Assembly: GCA_023460155.1 (NCBI GenBank)
Contig: JAEWRF010000228.1
Span: 1 to 59,941, forward strand
Reading direction: 5' to 3'
DNA length: 59,941 nucleotides
Source of the DNA: Bacillota bacterium
Lineage (GTDB): Bacteria > Bacillota > Clostridia > Oscillospirales > Acutalibacteraceae
Part shown: in pieces, positions 10,160 to 21,174 of the stretch
How the letters are laid out: each line of letters begins with the position of its first letter
Position numbering within the stretch: the first letter of the stretch is position 1
Position numbers and translations under genes: made by a program
Notes under the pieces: generated by a model
What the model saw: only the letters and a program-made list of their open reading frames with translations
What the model was told of the DNA's origin: nothing
Databases searched by the model: none

Positions 10160-10743
10160 TAATTTGCAACTTGGACCATCGCGTGGCGGACAACCTTACC
10201 GCCGATCGTATATCCCTTCTGGAAGACCTTTGCAATGGTATTTTCGCCTGCGTTTTCGTCTTCCACATGGGCAACCGCGTTGTGCAGGGCCGGGTCGAAG
10301 GGTTCTCCTTCTTTTCCCATTTCTTCCACGCCGAGCTTTTCCAGTGCGGCGGTAAGCTGCTTCTGCACCATTTCGACGCCCTTGCGGAGATTCTCCGCGG
10401 AGCATTCCTGCTGCTCCAGCGCCCGGCCGAGGTTGTCAGCCACCGGCAGGAACTCCAGCACGGCCGCCGCCGTGGCGTCGGCGTAAATGGAGCTTTTCTC
10501 CTTTGCGGTGCGTTTGCGGAAGTTATCGTATTCCGCCGCCGTGCGAAGAAGAAGATCCTTTTGCTTGTTCAGTTCCTCCTGCGTTTCGGCGAGCTGTTTG
10601 CGGGCTTCCTCCAGTTCTTTTCCCGAATCTTTCGGCGCCTCCTGCGGCTGCTCCGCTTTTTCCGGTTCCGCCGGGGTCCCTGCCTGCGTTTCCGCGCGTG
10701 CCGCGGATTCTTCGGGCTTCTTCCCCTTGTCTTTTTTCTCCAA
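10159..10743 (-). CDS. grpE: Nucleotide exchange factor GrpE
   Basis: 'AEYDNFRKR', 'FDPALHNAV', 'QKGY...VRHAMV'. Confidence 0.97.
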   Translation of the reverse strand: MEKKDKGKKPEESAARAETQAGTPAEPEKAEQPQEAPKDSGKELEEARKQLAETQEELNKQKDLLLRTAAEYDNFRKRTAKEKSSIYADATAAAVLEFLPVADNLGRALEQQECSAENLRKGVEMVQKQLTAALEKLGVEEMGKEGEPFDPALHNAVAHVEDENAGENTIAKVFQKGYTIGGKVVRHAMVQVAN

Positions 10744-10760
10744 AACTGGTGCCCCTTTCT

Positions 10761-11792
10761 TTAGTCCATATCCAGCAGTTCCGTAAGCATTCTTCCCACG
10801 GAGCCGGAAAGGTATTCGATATTGGAAATGACACGGCTGTAGTTCATTCGCATCGGGCCGATGATCGCAATGGCACCGGCATCATGCCCGCCCACGGCGT
10901 ATTTCGAAACCACGACGCTGGAATCGCTCAGCTCGGGACGCTTGCTTTCCTGCCCGATCAGCACCCGGGTGTTCCCTTCCTGCTGTGAAAGGAGCCTCGA
11001 AAGCTCCATCGGCCGGGAAAGAAAATCCAGAATTCGCTTTACGCCCGTCTGCCCGATCTCCGGGTAAAACAGCAGGTTCACCTGCCCGTCGAGGCAGATG
11101 TCCGAATGCATGGAATCCTGCGCAACGTCGGCGACCGCCATCAGCGCGGAACTCATCATCATGGCCATATCCCCGAGCGAAGCCGCCAGCGACTGAATGT
11201 AGCCCGGCGTAACCGACGCAACCGGAAGACCGACCAGCTTTTCGTTCAGCATGCGGAAAAAAATGCGCAGAATTTCGGGCGACAGATCAAAATCGCAGTG
11301 AAAAACACGGCTTTTCATCGTGCCTGCCGAAGTCATCAGAATGACCATCGCCGTGCGGCGGCTGGTCTGCACCAGCTGCACCGCCCGAATATCCGCCGAT
11401 TCGCTGCTCGGAGTGGTGGAAACCGCCGCAAACTTCGTCATGGAGGCCAACACCTTCGCGACCCCGTCCAGCAGTTTCTCCGGATCGTAGGCGCTCGGCA
11501 GAATCATGCTGTCAAGCACACGCTTTTCTTCCCCGGAAATCGGCTGCCTGCGCATGAGCGTGTCGATGTACAGGCGATACCCCCGCTGCGTCGGCACCCG
11601 CCCCGCCGAGGTATGCGGCTGCTCCAGCAGCCCCAGCTCGCTCAGCTCGCTCAGCTCGTTGCGCACGGTGGCGGAGGAAACGTTGAAATCGAGCGCGTCA
11701 CAGACGGATTTCGACCCGACCGGCTCGCCCGCGGCAATATAGATTTCCACCACCGCAGCAAGGATCTTCTGCTTTCTCAGGCTCAGTTCCAT
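10761..11792 (-). CDS. hrcA: Heat-inducible repressor HrcA
   Basis: 'PVGSK', 'SSATVRNE', 'QPHTSAGRVP', 'GPMRMNY'; CIRCE upstream. Confidence 0.97.
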   Translation of the reverse strand: MELSLRKQKILAAVVEIYIAAGEPVGSKSVCDALDFNVSSATVRNELSELSELGLLEQPHTSAGRVPTQRGYRLYIDTLMRRQPISGEEKRVLDSMILPSAYDPEKLLDGVAKVLASMTKFAAVSTTPSSESADIRAVQLVQTSRRTAMVILMTSAGTMKSRVFHCDFDLSPEILRIFFRMLNEKLVGLPVASVTPGYIQSLAASLGDMAMMMSSALMAVADVAQDSMHSDICLDGQVNLLFYPEIGQTGVKRILDFLSRPMELSRLLSQQEGNTRVLIGQESKRPELSDSSVVVSKYAVGGHDAGAIAIIGPMRMNYSRVISNIEYLSGSVGRMLTELLDMD

Positions 11793-11820
11793 CGTTTCCC
11801 CTCCTTTCGTTTTCGGGTTG

Positions 11821-11847
11821 TTAGCACTCTGTTTGTTAGAGTGCTAA
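11821..11847. promoter_or_regulatory. CIRCE element
   Basis: Perfect TTAGCACTC-N9-GAGTGCTAA. Confidence 0.98.
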
Positions 11848-11858
11848 CTCTATGTATT

Positions 11859-11887
11859 AGACTACCATTAGTTTGCCCGAATGTCAA
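11859..11887 (-). promoter_or_regulatory. Sigma-A promoter of hrcA operon
   Basis: TTGACA-17-TAGTCT with TG extension. Confidence 0.7.
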
Positions 11888-11917
11888 TATGTTAATTGTA
11901 AACTAATTATGAAATCG

Positions 11918-12128
11918 GCAGGCTGAGCCTGCTTTCAAAAGCCCGCCGTTTCGCAATTTTTGAAAGCGCAGCCTTTCTCCGGCGGGACAGTATTTACAAA
12001 TACCTATCTATATTTTTCAATGCGAAGCCCGTATCAACAATCGGCATTTCTTAAAACTGTCCCGGCAAACCAAACTCAAAACATTCTCCGTGCTGAATGC
12101 CGGGCCCTTGCATGCAGGCTCAGCCTGC
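11918..12128. repeat. Inverted doublet of the dispersed repeat (MITE/REPIN-like)
   Basis: Arms 11918-12004 and 12043-12128 are imperfect reverse complements; both outer ends are GCAGGCTGAGCCTGC. Confidence 0.8.
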
Positions 12129-13292
12129 AAATAAGATTTCCGCTGTCAGCGCGTCGGAAACAAGAAATCCTTTGGGGGTAAAATGAAACCCCTCGGGCGT
12201 GCAGACCGTCAGTCCCGCGGATTCATATTTCCGCGCGGCGCGCATAATCCGTTCCGGAACGGGCTGCCCGAACCGCGCAAGGCATACCTCGTCCGTCAGC
12301 CCTTCGGTCAGGCGCATTTTCAGCATGGCAAATTCCTCAAAGGAACCGCCTTCACCGTCCTGCTCCGGCCCCTCGCCGCGCAGGAACGCGCCGATGCTAC
12401 GGCCGTAGTGGAACCGCTTTCCATTCATAAAGGAATGCGCGGCGGGGCCAAGGCCCCAGTATTCCTCACAGCGCCAGTATTTCAGGTTATGCCGGCTTTC
12501 AAAGCCCGGCTCCGCGAAATTGGAGATTTCATACTGTTTCAGGCCGTGCCGCCCCAGCTCTTCGCACGCGAGCAGATACAGATTCGCCGCCGCGTCCTCG
12601 TCCGGAAGCGCGAGCTCCGCCCGGTTTTTATAGTAGGCCGTCCCCGGCTCGAGCTTTAACAGATAGGCCGAAACGTGGCGTACGCCCAGACCGGCGCAGA
12701 ACTCCACGGACCGGCGCAGGCTCTGCTCCGTCTGGCCCTCGATGGCCAGCATCAGGTCCAGCGTAATATTTTGGAATCCCGCCTTCTGCGCGCTTTCGAC
12801 GGCTTTCGCCGCCTGCGACGCGGAGTGCTTCCGCCCCAGTTCCTTCAGCTCTCCATCGTTCGCCGACTGAAGCCCGAATGAAAGCCGGTTGATTCCTGCC
12901 GCGCGGATTCCATGGAAAAAGTCATCATCGACCCCCTCCGGGTTCGCCTCCGCGGTGATCTCGGCGTTTTCCAGCCCGTATTTTCTTCTCGCCGCCTCCG
13001 TGATGCGGCAAAGGCGCTCCGCACCGAGCAGGCTCGGCGTTCCGCCGCCGAAGTACAGCGTATCGGCGGCTGTGATCTGCTCCGGATTGGAATTCAACAA
13101 TTCTATAATACTTTTTGTATATTCGTCCATCCGTTCTTCCGAAGCACGGACGGAATAAAAGTCGCAGTAAGGGCATTTGCCGTCGCAAAAAGGAATATGG
13201 ATATATAAGCCCCGTCGTTCGGTATGACAGAAAGCAGAGGCGTTGTTTGACGGGAGAGTTTTGGAATCCTGCGGACTTAACAAATCGCTCAT
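12120..13292 (-). CDS. hemW: Radical SAM heme chaperone HemW (HemN-like)
   Basis: 'LYIHIPFCDGKCPYCDF', 'YFGGGTPS', 'YEISNF', 'HNLKYW'; between lepA and hrcA. Confidence 0.92.
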   Translation of the reverse strand: MSDLLSPQDSKTLPSNNASAFCHTERRGLYIHIPFCDGKCPYCDFYSVRASEERMDEYTKSIIELLNSNPEQITAADTLYFGGGTPSLLGAERLCRITEAARRKYGLENAEITAEANPEGVDDDFFHGIRAAGINRLSFGLQSANDGELKELGRKHSASQAAKAVESAQKAGFQNITLDLMLAIEGQTEQSLRRSVEFCAGLGVRHVSAYLLKLEPGTAYYKNRAELALPDEDAAANLYLLACEELGRHGLKQYEISNFAEPGFESRHNLKYWRCEEYWGLGPAAHSFMNGKRFHYGRSIGAFLRGEGPEQDGEGGSFEEFAMLKMRLTEGLTDEVCLARFGQPVPERIMRAARKYESAGLTVCTPEGFHFTPKGFLVSDALTAEILFAG

Positions 13293-13408
13293 TCCATCTC
13301 TCCTATTCTCCGGGCAGTCTTGATTTTCTATTTTACATAAGCCCAAGGGCCCAGTGAGTTTAAGTCATATTTTCTTCTTGTTTTCAGTTTGTCCTCATGC
13401 CGGACGGG

Positions 13409-13429
13409 GCAGGCTGAGCCTGCATGCAA
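13409..13429 (-). repeat. Terminal hairpin of dispersed repeat
   Basis: 21/21 reverse complement of 12108-12128. Confidence 0.75.
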
Positions 13430-13745
13430 TTTTTATTTAAACTGGCTTAGTGGATTCCGAAGGTGAATGCATGACTTCTTCTTACGGCTGTCCGCAGTCA
13501 TGGTCTGCCGTAGGCGAGTTAGACGCTTTGCGTCCGACCCACCGACGGGAGGGTTATCTAAGCGCGCCCCCCTTGTATTCCCCCGGCACTCCCCATCTGC
13601 CAAGGCAATGTTCTAAAGCGCAGAGGTTTTCATTGACGTTTCCGGTCTGTTTCCTTCGCGCCATTCATGTGGCATTTCTAAAAACCATCCCGGGCAAAGC
13701 GTTAACCTGCAAATATCAGCAGCTCGTCAGATCGGTAGGTTTTTC

Positions 13746-13818
13746 CAACACTCCGGCCTAACCACACCCACAATTTTCGCCGTGGAAAACGGCCGGGCTT
13801 GGCAACGGCGACACGCCG

Positions 13819-13819
<1 letters not shown>
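13746..13819 (+). repeat. Dispersed structured repeat copy
   Basis: CCGGCC(13753)-32nt-GGCCGG-8nt-ACGGCG.ACA.CGCCGT touching lepA stop; loop resembles that of the 26.7 kb copy. Confidence 0.65.
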
Positions 13820-15627
<1,808 letters not shown>

Positions 15628-15732
15628 AAAAATCCACCTTTCTTTCAAAAAGGAGGCGGCCCGAAAGTGCGGAGCCGTTCGGCGGAAAACCCGCCTGCGG
15701 CCCGCGTTCCGGGACAGCCTCCGATGTTACTC

Positions 15733-16335
15733 TCAGTAGCGGTTGATATTCCGGTAATACCGGTCGTTGAGGAGGTGCTTGCCGCTTGACCGTTTCGATC
15801 TGCGGTAGCGTTTGCGGCCCATGCCCCGCGGCGGACGCCGGTTCGTGAGCACCACGACGAGAACCACCAGCACGCCGAGCGCGATGCAGGTCCAGGAAAT
15901 GATGCCGATCCACTTGTTGTTCTGGGCGGAGTCGGGGTTGGAAGCGGCGGAGCTGAGCGGATCCACCTCCGAAACGCTGCCGACGCTCGGCAGGGAAATC
16001 GAGCTGGAGGAGGATTCTTCACTGGAAAGGCCCCCTGCAGCGTCGCTGGAAGCCTCACTGGAAACCTCCGAAGAGGACTGCGCTTTTACCTGCTTGCTGG
16101 AAGCCGCCGAAGATGACGGCTTGGACGACGGCACCGAGGCCGCGGAGGAAGAGGGCTTTGCGCTTGAGGACGGGGGCACGCCCGGAATTGCGGACGTGTC
16201 AGGCTCGCTCGTCTGCGGGGATGAACTCCCTGCCGGAGAGGTCGCCGCTCCGAGAACAAATACACTCAGGGAACTGGTAAAAATCAAAATAACCAATATC
16301 ATAAAAATGGACAGCACTTTTCTGAGTCTGCTCAT
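15733..16335 (-). CDS. Hypothetical Ser-rich surface protein
   Basis: Signal peptide, Ser/Pro/Ala low complexity, C-terminal TM and basic tail; GGAGG RBS. Confidence 0.75.
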   Translation of the reverse strand: MSRLRKVLSIFMILVILIFTSSLSVFVLGAATSPAGSSSPQTSEPDTSAIPGVPPSSSAKPSSSAASVPSSKPSSSAASSKQVKAQSSSEVSSEASSDAAGGLSSEESSSSSISLPSVGSVSEVDPLSSAASNPDSAQNNKWIGIISWTCIALGVLVVLVVVLTNRRPPRGMGRKRYRRSKRSSGKHLLNDRYYRNINRY

Positions 16336-16598
16336 TTACAATCCTCCATCGGGCCCGCGGATGCGTGCATTTTCACACTGTTTTCCAAGAATATAAAGTT
16401 ATTATAGCATATTTCCGTGTCAATGCAAGACAAGTTCAAATTTTTGCCCGTGATCTCGTAAATCAGGGTCTTTCCGTCGCCGAAGCCGACCCGGCGGCTC
16501 TCGGAATCGACCGCAAGCAGCCCGAAGACCAGGCCGAGCACGCACAGCGTGCCGAAAAAGGCACCCAGGAAGATCCTCAGGTCGCGGTTGTGTCCCAT
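16332..16598 (-). CDS. Small hypothetical membrane protein
   Basis: One N-terminal TM helix; follows spoIIP, overlaps next gene. Confidence 0.6.
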   Translation of the reverse strand: MGHNRDLRIFLGAFFGTLCVLGLVFGLLAVDSESRRVGFGDGKTLIYEITGKNLNLSCIDTEICYNNFIFLENSVKMHASAGPMEDCK

Positions 16599-16645
16599 TC
16601 CTTCTTTTCACATCCCCCTCCGGTCTCCCTCCTTGGGAGCCGGAT

Positions 16646-17743
16646 TTATGTAAGCCCGTTCAGCACGGCGGCCAGCGCTTTCCCGAACAGTTCGCCGGAG
16701 TACTTTGCCTCGTCGAGCGTGTTGGCGTCCGTGCCGAATTCCACCAGCAGGGAGCCCCGCGTCAGATTCTCGTTGTAGCGGTCCGGGCAGAAGTCGATCG
16801 GGCGGGCCAGATCGGCGTAAAGGTCGCAGAGCGATTTCTGGGCGCGCACGGCCAGCCGAAAATTGTATTCCCAGTCCGGGTAGCCGAGGTCACCCGTGTC
16901 GTCGCAGCCGGCGACGATCATGATCTGCGCGGCCTTTTGCCCGTTGACCACGGCGGTCGGCTTCAGGCGGGTTCCGTCGTCGCGGCTCATGGCGTCGCGG
17001 TGGATGTCCAGCGTCACCTGAATGGACGGATATTTTTTGAGGTCGTTCGTCACCGTCGTGCAGGAGCGGTCGTAGGAGCCGTTGTAGGCCGGGTAATCGT
17101 GGTAGGTGGTGTCGTGCACCACGCCGATGCCAGCGTTCGAAAGCTGCTTCGCGATTTCGTCCCCCACCGCGCAGACGCTCAAGGATTTGTCGGTCGAGCG
17201 CGTCACGCCCTGAAATGCCTCCGTTGTGTGCGTATGATAGATCAACACCTGCGGCCCGGCGTTCTTTTTGATTTTTACGGCGGGCTGCTTCTGGAGTTCC
17301 TGCCCGATATCCACGGCGTGGTGCTTGTTCGAATTCTTCACCCAGAGGTTTTCATACTGCGAACCGCCGGAGTTGATGCACATCTCCAGAATTTTGCCCG
17401 GCAGCATGGAGGAACCTGGCTCGGATACCGCCGCGGAGGAGGAGCTTTCCGATACCGCCGAAGAAGAGCCCGGGTTCCCCGGGTAAACGGTAACGGTTCC
17501 CGAGGAGACCGGAGAGGAGGAAGCCCCGGAGGAAACGGGTGGCCGCTCCGTCTGGGGGGAGGAATCCGGCGCTTCTTCGCTGAAAAAGCCGTCCGCCGCT
17601 CCGGCCGGCAGAATAAAGCCCGCCGCGGTGACGGCCGCGAGCTGCCCCGCCTGCTCCGGCAGGCGCATACCGACGCATGTTACCGCAACTGCAGCGAGAA
17701 TTCCGGACAGGACCCCGGCCGCTCTTTCCTTTGCCTTTTTCAT
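16646..17743 (-). CDS. spoIIP: Stage II sporulation protein P
   Basis: 'IYHTHTTE', 'DIHRD', 'RYNE', 'LVEFG' amidase motifs; downstream of gpr. Confidence 0.93.
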   Translation of the reverse strand: MKKAKERAAGVLSGILAAVAVTCVGMRLPEQAGQLAAVTAAGFILPAGAADGFFSEEAPDSSPQTERPPVSSGASSSPVSSGTVTVYPGNPGSSSAVSESSSSAAVSEPGSSMLPGKILEMCINSGGSQYENLWVKNSNKHHAVDIGQELQKQPAVKIKKNAGPQVLIYHTHTTEAFQGVTRSTDKSLSVCAVGDEIAKQLSNAGIGVVHDTTYHDYPAYNGSYDRSCTTVTNDLKKYPSIQVTLDIHRDAMSRDDGTRLKPTAVVNGQKAAQIMIVAGCDDTGDLGYPDWEYNFRLAVRAQKSLCDLYADLARPIDFCPDRYNENLTRGSLLVEFGTDANTLDEAKYSGELFGKALAAVLNGLT

Positions 17744-17801
17744 ACGTTTCCCCCGACGGCGAACTTTATTCCGGATTTTTCCGGACCGGCCTATCGCTCA
17801 T

Positions 17802-17830
17802 ACTTATGCCGCAGGGAAAATTTTTATTCA
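17802..17830 (-). promoter_or_regulatory. Sigma-E-like promoter of spoIIP
   Basis: GAATA/ATA-16-CATAAGT. Confidence 0.6.
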
Positions 17831-17831
17831 A

Positions 17832-17917
17832 CCAGCGTGACGCTGGACCCAGAGGCCCGCCGTTTCGTCATGAGTAGGAATGCGCCCTCATCCGGCGGGA
17901 CAGTAAAAACAAATACC
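17832..17917 (-). repeat. Dispersed structured repeat copy
   Basis: CCAGCG.TGA.CGCTGG-9nt-CCCGCC-32nt-GGCGGGACAGTA...ACAAATACCT; aligns with 11918-12005. Confidence 0.8.
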
Positions 17918-18065
17918 TGCCGGATACTTAGGCTCGCCGTGTTGCACGCGACGAAACACACCTGTTTTGAGAGAACAGTCTAAAAATGCCGGCGGATTTT
18001 GCCAAACCCGGCCCGCGTTTTTCCCTGTCTGTTCGGCGGGCCACTACCCGAGGAGGCACGTCTCC

Positions 18066-18878
18066 TCAAGTCAGCTCTTCGAACTCCCCGATGCTCAGGC
18101 TCGGGTTCAAAGCACGGTTGATGCCCATGCTGAGCAGATGCGCGCCGCGCTGGATGATGAGGTCAATTTCGCGCGGCGTGACCATCATGGAAGCTCCGCG
18201 CGGGGAAACGGCATCGGCGGGGGCATCCTCCCCCAGCAGGTCGGCGGCAAGGGTCGAGGCGTCAACGACGGTGGGGATTCCCATGCCGATGACGGGCACG
18301 CCGAGCGTGGCCGAGTCGATGCGCGGCCGCGCGTTGCCTACGCCCGCGCCGGGCGAGATGCCGCCTGAGCAGAGCTGCACCGTGCAGCCGAGACGCGAGG
18401 GACTGCGGGCCGCGAGCGCGTCCACGGCGATGACCGCGGCGGGCTTCACCTCGCTGACCACGCCCTTTAAAACCTCGAACGCCTCGATTCCCGTGCAGCC
18501 AAGCACGCCAGGGCTGACCACCGCGACCGGACGCAGCCCCTCCAGCCCGGTCACGCGGGCGATTTCCCCCTGAATGTGGCGCGTGGCGAGAATCTTCTCC
18601 GCGCAGAGCGGCCCGAGCGCGTCCGGGGTGACGGCCCGGTTGCCGAGACCGGCCGCGAGCACCTGCCCCTCCTCCGGGAGCAGGTCGGCGAGCTGTTCGG
18701 CAACAAGGCGCAGCAGCGTGTTGTTTTCGTCGATATGGTCGGATATTGCCGGCACCTCCAGGGTAATATAGACGTTGCCGCCGTCTTCGATGCGCGTGAC
18801 GACGCAGCCGTCCTCCTCGCGCCTCTGCTGTTTTGCGGGCTCTGTGTTTTCGAGCGCCAGATCTGTGCGGAAATTCAA
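18066..18878 (-). CDS. gpr: Germination protease GPR
   Basis: 'RTDLALE', 'GLGNRAVTPDALGP', 'AVDALAA', 'VTPREID'; TTG start with GAGGAG RBS. Confidence 0.95.
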   Translation of the reverse strand: MNFRTDLALENTEPAKQQRREEDGCVVTRIEDGGNVYITLEVPAISDHIDENNTLLRLVAEQLADLLPEEGQVLAAGLGNRAVTPDALGPLCAEKILATRHIQGEIARVTGLEGLRPVAVVSPGVLGCTGIEAFEVLKGVVSEVKPAAVIAVDALAARSPSRLGCTVQLCSGGISPGAGVGNARPRIDSATLGVPVIGMGIPTVVDASTLAADLLGEDAPADAVSPRGASMMVTPREIDLIIQRGAHLLSMGINRALNPSLSIGEFEELT

Positions 18879-19023
18879 TGGAATCGGCTCCTCTCTTTTT
18901 ATGGCGATTGTGGGATTCGGCCGCGGTCCGTTCTGGCCGCGGGGCCTTCCAGAAAAATTAGCTTGCTTTTTTTCGCAGGGAATGATATGATAAATCGTAA
19001 AGCTCTCTAAAGGAGGTGGAAAG

Positions 19024-19290
19024 ATGCCCAACATTAAATCGGCTAAAAAACGCGTCAAGGTGATCGCCGTAAAGACCCTGATCAACAAATCCGCTTCCGC
19101 GGAGCTGAAAACGGAAATCAAGAAGGCGGGCAGCGCTCTTGAAACTGCCGGTGCCGACAACGCCGAGATTCTGAAAGCGGCGGTAAAGAAGATCGATCAG
19201 GCCGCGGCAAAGGGAATTCTGCACAAGAATACCGCAGCCCGGAAAAAGTCCGCTCTCGCGCACAAGTTCAACGCAGCGGCAAAAGCCTGA
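19024..19290 (+). CDS. rpsT: 30S ribosomal protein S20
   Basis: 'MPNIKSAKKR', 'HKNTAARKKS'. Confidence 0.99.
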   Translation: MPNIKSAKKRVKVIAVKTLINKSASAELKTEIKKAGSALETAGADNAEILKAAVKKIDQAAAKGILHKNTAARKKSALAHKFNAAAKA

Positions 19291-19368
19291 AAAAAGCCGG
19301 GAAAGCAGAGCTGACGCCCTGCTTTTTTTCTACCCATGCACCGGCGCCCCGGAAATTCCCGGCAGACG

Positions 19369-19397
19369 TTGACATTTGGGCGGCTTTTGATTATTAT
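19369..19397 (+). promoter_or_regulatory. Sigma-A promoter of small ORF
   Basis: TTGACA-17-TATTAT. Confidence 0.7.
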
Positions 19398-19452
19398 AGA
19401 ATTGAAAAGCGAGAAACACACCGATACAACATGGAAAACGGAGGTGCTCAAT

Positions 19453-19605
19453 TTGAAGAAATCCGGAAGTCTGAACCTGTTGTTTACGATATTGTCCGCA
19501 TTGGCCGCGATGGCTGCTGTGGCGGTTGCCGTTGCCCTTTTCTTTGAACGGAAGAAAAAGGACGACGAGGAACTTGAGCATTATCTCGATTGTTCCATTC
19601 AGTAA
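19453..19605 (+). CDS. Small single-TM hypothetical protein (50 aa)
   Basis: GGAGGTG RBS, TTG start, own promoter and terminator (~19640-19677). Confidence 0.7.
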   Translation: MKKSGSLNLLFTILSALAAMAAVAVAVALFFERKKKDDEELEHYLDCSIQ

Positions 19606-19830
19606 TCCCTTCGCAGAAACAACCGGAAAACCGGAATCGACGCGGACAGGTGTTTTTACGCCTGCCCGCGTTTCTTTCGCCGCCGGGCCACCCGGTCCCG
19701 CAGGCTGCGGTAAAGCAGTCTTGCCACCTGCCACAGAAGGCTGATCAGCCAGTTTCCGCTGATAATGCGGAAAGCCATCCACGCGAGGCCCGCGTAACGG
19801 GACCCCGTGCGGGCGTAGCGGTAGATCGGG

Positions 19831-20190
19831 CTACGTCTTATCGCCTGATTTTGAAAACAAAGCGGCCAGATAGCCGAAGAACACCGCCGCCGCGATTCCG
19901 GCAGCCCCCGCCGCAACGCCGCCGGAGAAGACCCCGATGATCCCCTTCTCCCGCACCGCCTCCAGCGTGCCTTTCGCCATAAGATAGCCGAACCCCGTCA
20001 GCGGAACCGTCGCCCCGCACCCCGCAAAGTCGACCAGCGGGCCGTAGATTCCCACCGCGCCGAGCACAACCCCGGCCGTCACGAACGACACGAGAATCCG
20101 GGCCGGCGTAAGCTTCGTGAAATCAATGAGCAGCTGGCCCACGGCGCAGAGCGCCCCGCCGACCAGAAACGACCATACATACTGCAACAT
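19831..20190 (-). CDS. spoVAE: Stage V sporulation protein AE (SpoVAC/AEb family)
   Basis: 'FLVGGALCAVGQLLID', 'GATVPLTGFG'. Confidence 0.9.
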   Translation of the reverse strand: MLQYVWSFLVGGALCAVGQLLIDFTKLTPARILVSFVTAGVVLGAVGIYGPLVDFAGCGATVPLTGFGYLMAKGTLEAVREKGIIGVFSGGVAAGAAGIAAAVFFGYLAALFSKSGDKT

Positions 20191-20206
20191 TCGTCACCTC
20201 GGCTTT

Positions 20207-20236
20207 TAGTTTCGCCCGGCGCCGTTTTCTCTATAC
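20207..20236 (-). promoter_or_regulatory. Forespore sigma-F/G-like promoter of spoVAE
   Basis: GTATA-15-GGCGAAACTA. Confidence 0.65.
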
Positions 20237-20316
20237 ATTCGAATTTTCCAGAACAAACACAATTTTGGAATCGGGCTCGGCCCGCCCGGTGTTTTTTTAA
20301 AAGGATCGTGATCGCA

Positions 20317-21108
20317 ATGAATCCGAAAACTATTTTTTTCGACATCGACGGTACTCTTCTCGGCACCCGGGACGGGAAGCGCTTCCAGATCCCGCCGAGC
20401 GCACTGGAGGCGCTTGATGCGCTGAAAAAGAACGGCCACCGTGTCGTCGTCTGCTCCGGGAGGCAGGAGGCCTTCATCCGCCGGTTTTTTCCCGGAATGT
20501 TCGACAGCTTCGTCGCCCTGAACGGAGCACACATCGTCTTTGAGGGAAACACCGTTCTGGACCGCCCTCTGTCCGGCGAACGGGTGAAGACCCTGATGCA
20601 TCATTTCGACGCCTACGGCTGTACGTACGTCTTCATCGGCAAGCACAACGGCTGGGCGCGCCGCTTCCCGGAAAAATACCTCGGGAAGATGGACGCCGTC
20701 TACGGGCTCCCCGATTTTCTCATTACGGAATGGGAACCGGAGGAGGTAGACGCCAGCATGATGGACTTCGTGTTCGAAACCGACGCCGACTATGAAAAAT
20801 GTGCGGAAGCCTTTACGGATTCCATGGTGCTGAACCGTCACCCGGGCGCCCTGACTAACGACCTGAGCTTCCGCGACTGGGACAAGGCCAAAGGGATTGC
20901 GGAGTTCCTCGCCTATTCCGGTATCCGGAAGGAGGATACCGTCGCCTTCGGTGACGGCTACAACGACATCGCCATGATGGGCGCCGTCGGCCTCCCCGTT
21001 GCGATGGGCAACGCCGTGGAAGAGGTAAAAAAAACCGCCGCGTACGTCACGGCGGCGATTTTCGAGGATGGAATTTCCAAAGGACTTCGGCACCTGGGGC
21101 TGATCTGA
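20317..21108 (+). CDS. Cof-type HAD-IIB hydrolase
   Basis: 'FDIDGTL', 'SGR', 'FGDGYNDIAM', 'AMGNA'. Confidence 0.9.
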   Translation: MNPKTIFFDIDGTLLGTRDGKRFQIPPSALEALDALKKNGHRVVVCSGRQEAFIRRFFPGMFDSFVALNGAHIVFEGNTVLDRPLSGERVKTLMHHFDAYGCTYVFIGKHNGWARRFPEKYLGKMDAVYGLPDFLITEWEPEEVDASMMDFVFETDADYEKCAEAFTDSMVLNRHPGALTNDLSFRDWDKAKGIAEFLAYSGIRKEDTVAFGDGYNDIAMMGAVGLPVAMGNAVEEVKKTAAYVTAAIFEDGISKGLRHLGLI

Positions 21109-21174
21109 ATGGCAGGTAAATTATGTCAAGAAAAAAACCATTGTGAAGTGTAAATAAACGCAGTATAATGAATT

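Noticed and set aside
19680..19830. GC-rich hairpins downstream of spoVAE as an ncRNA
   Set aside because: No promoter or known motif; compatible with chance pairing at this GC content
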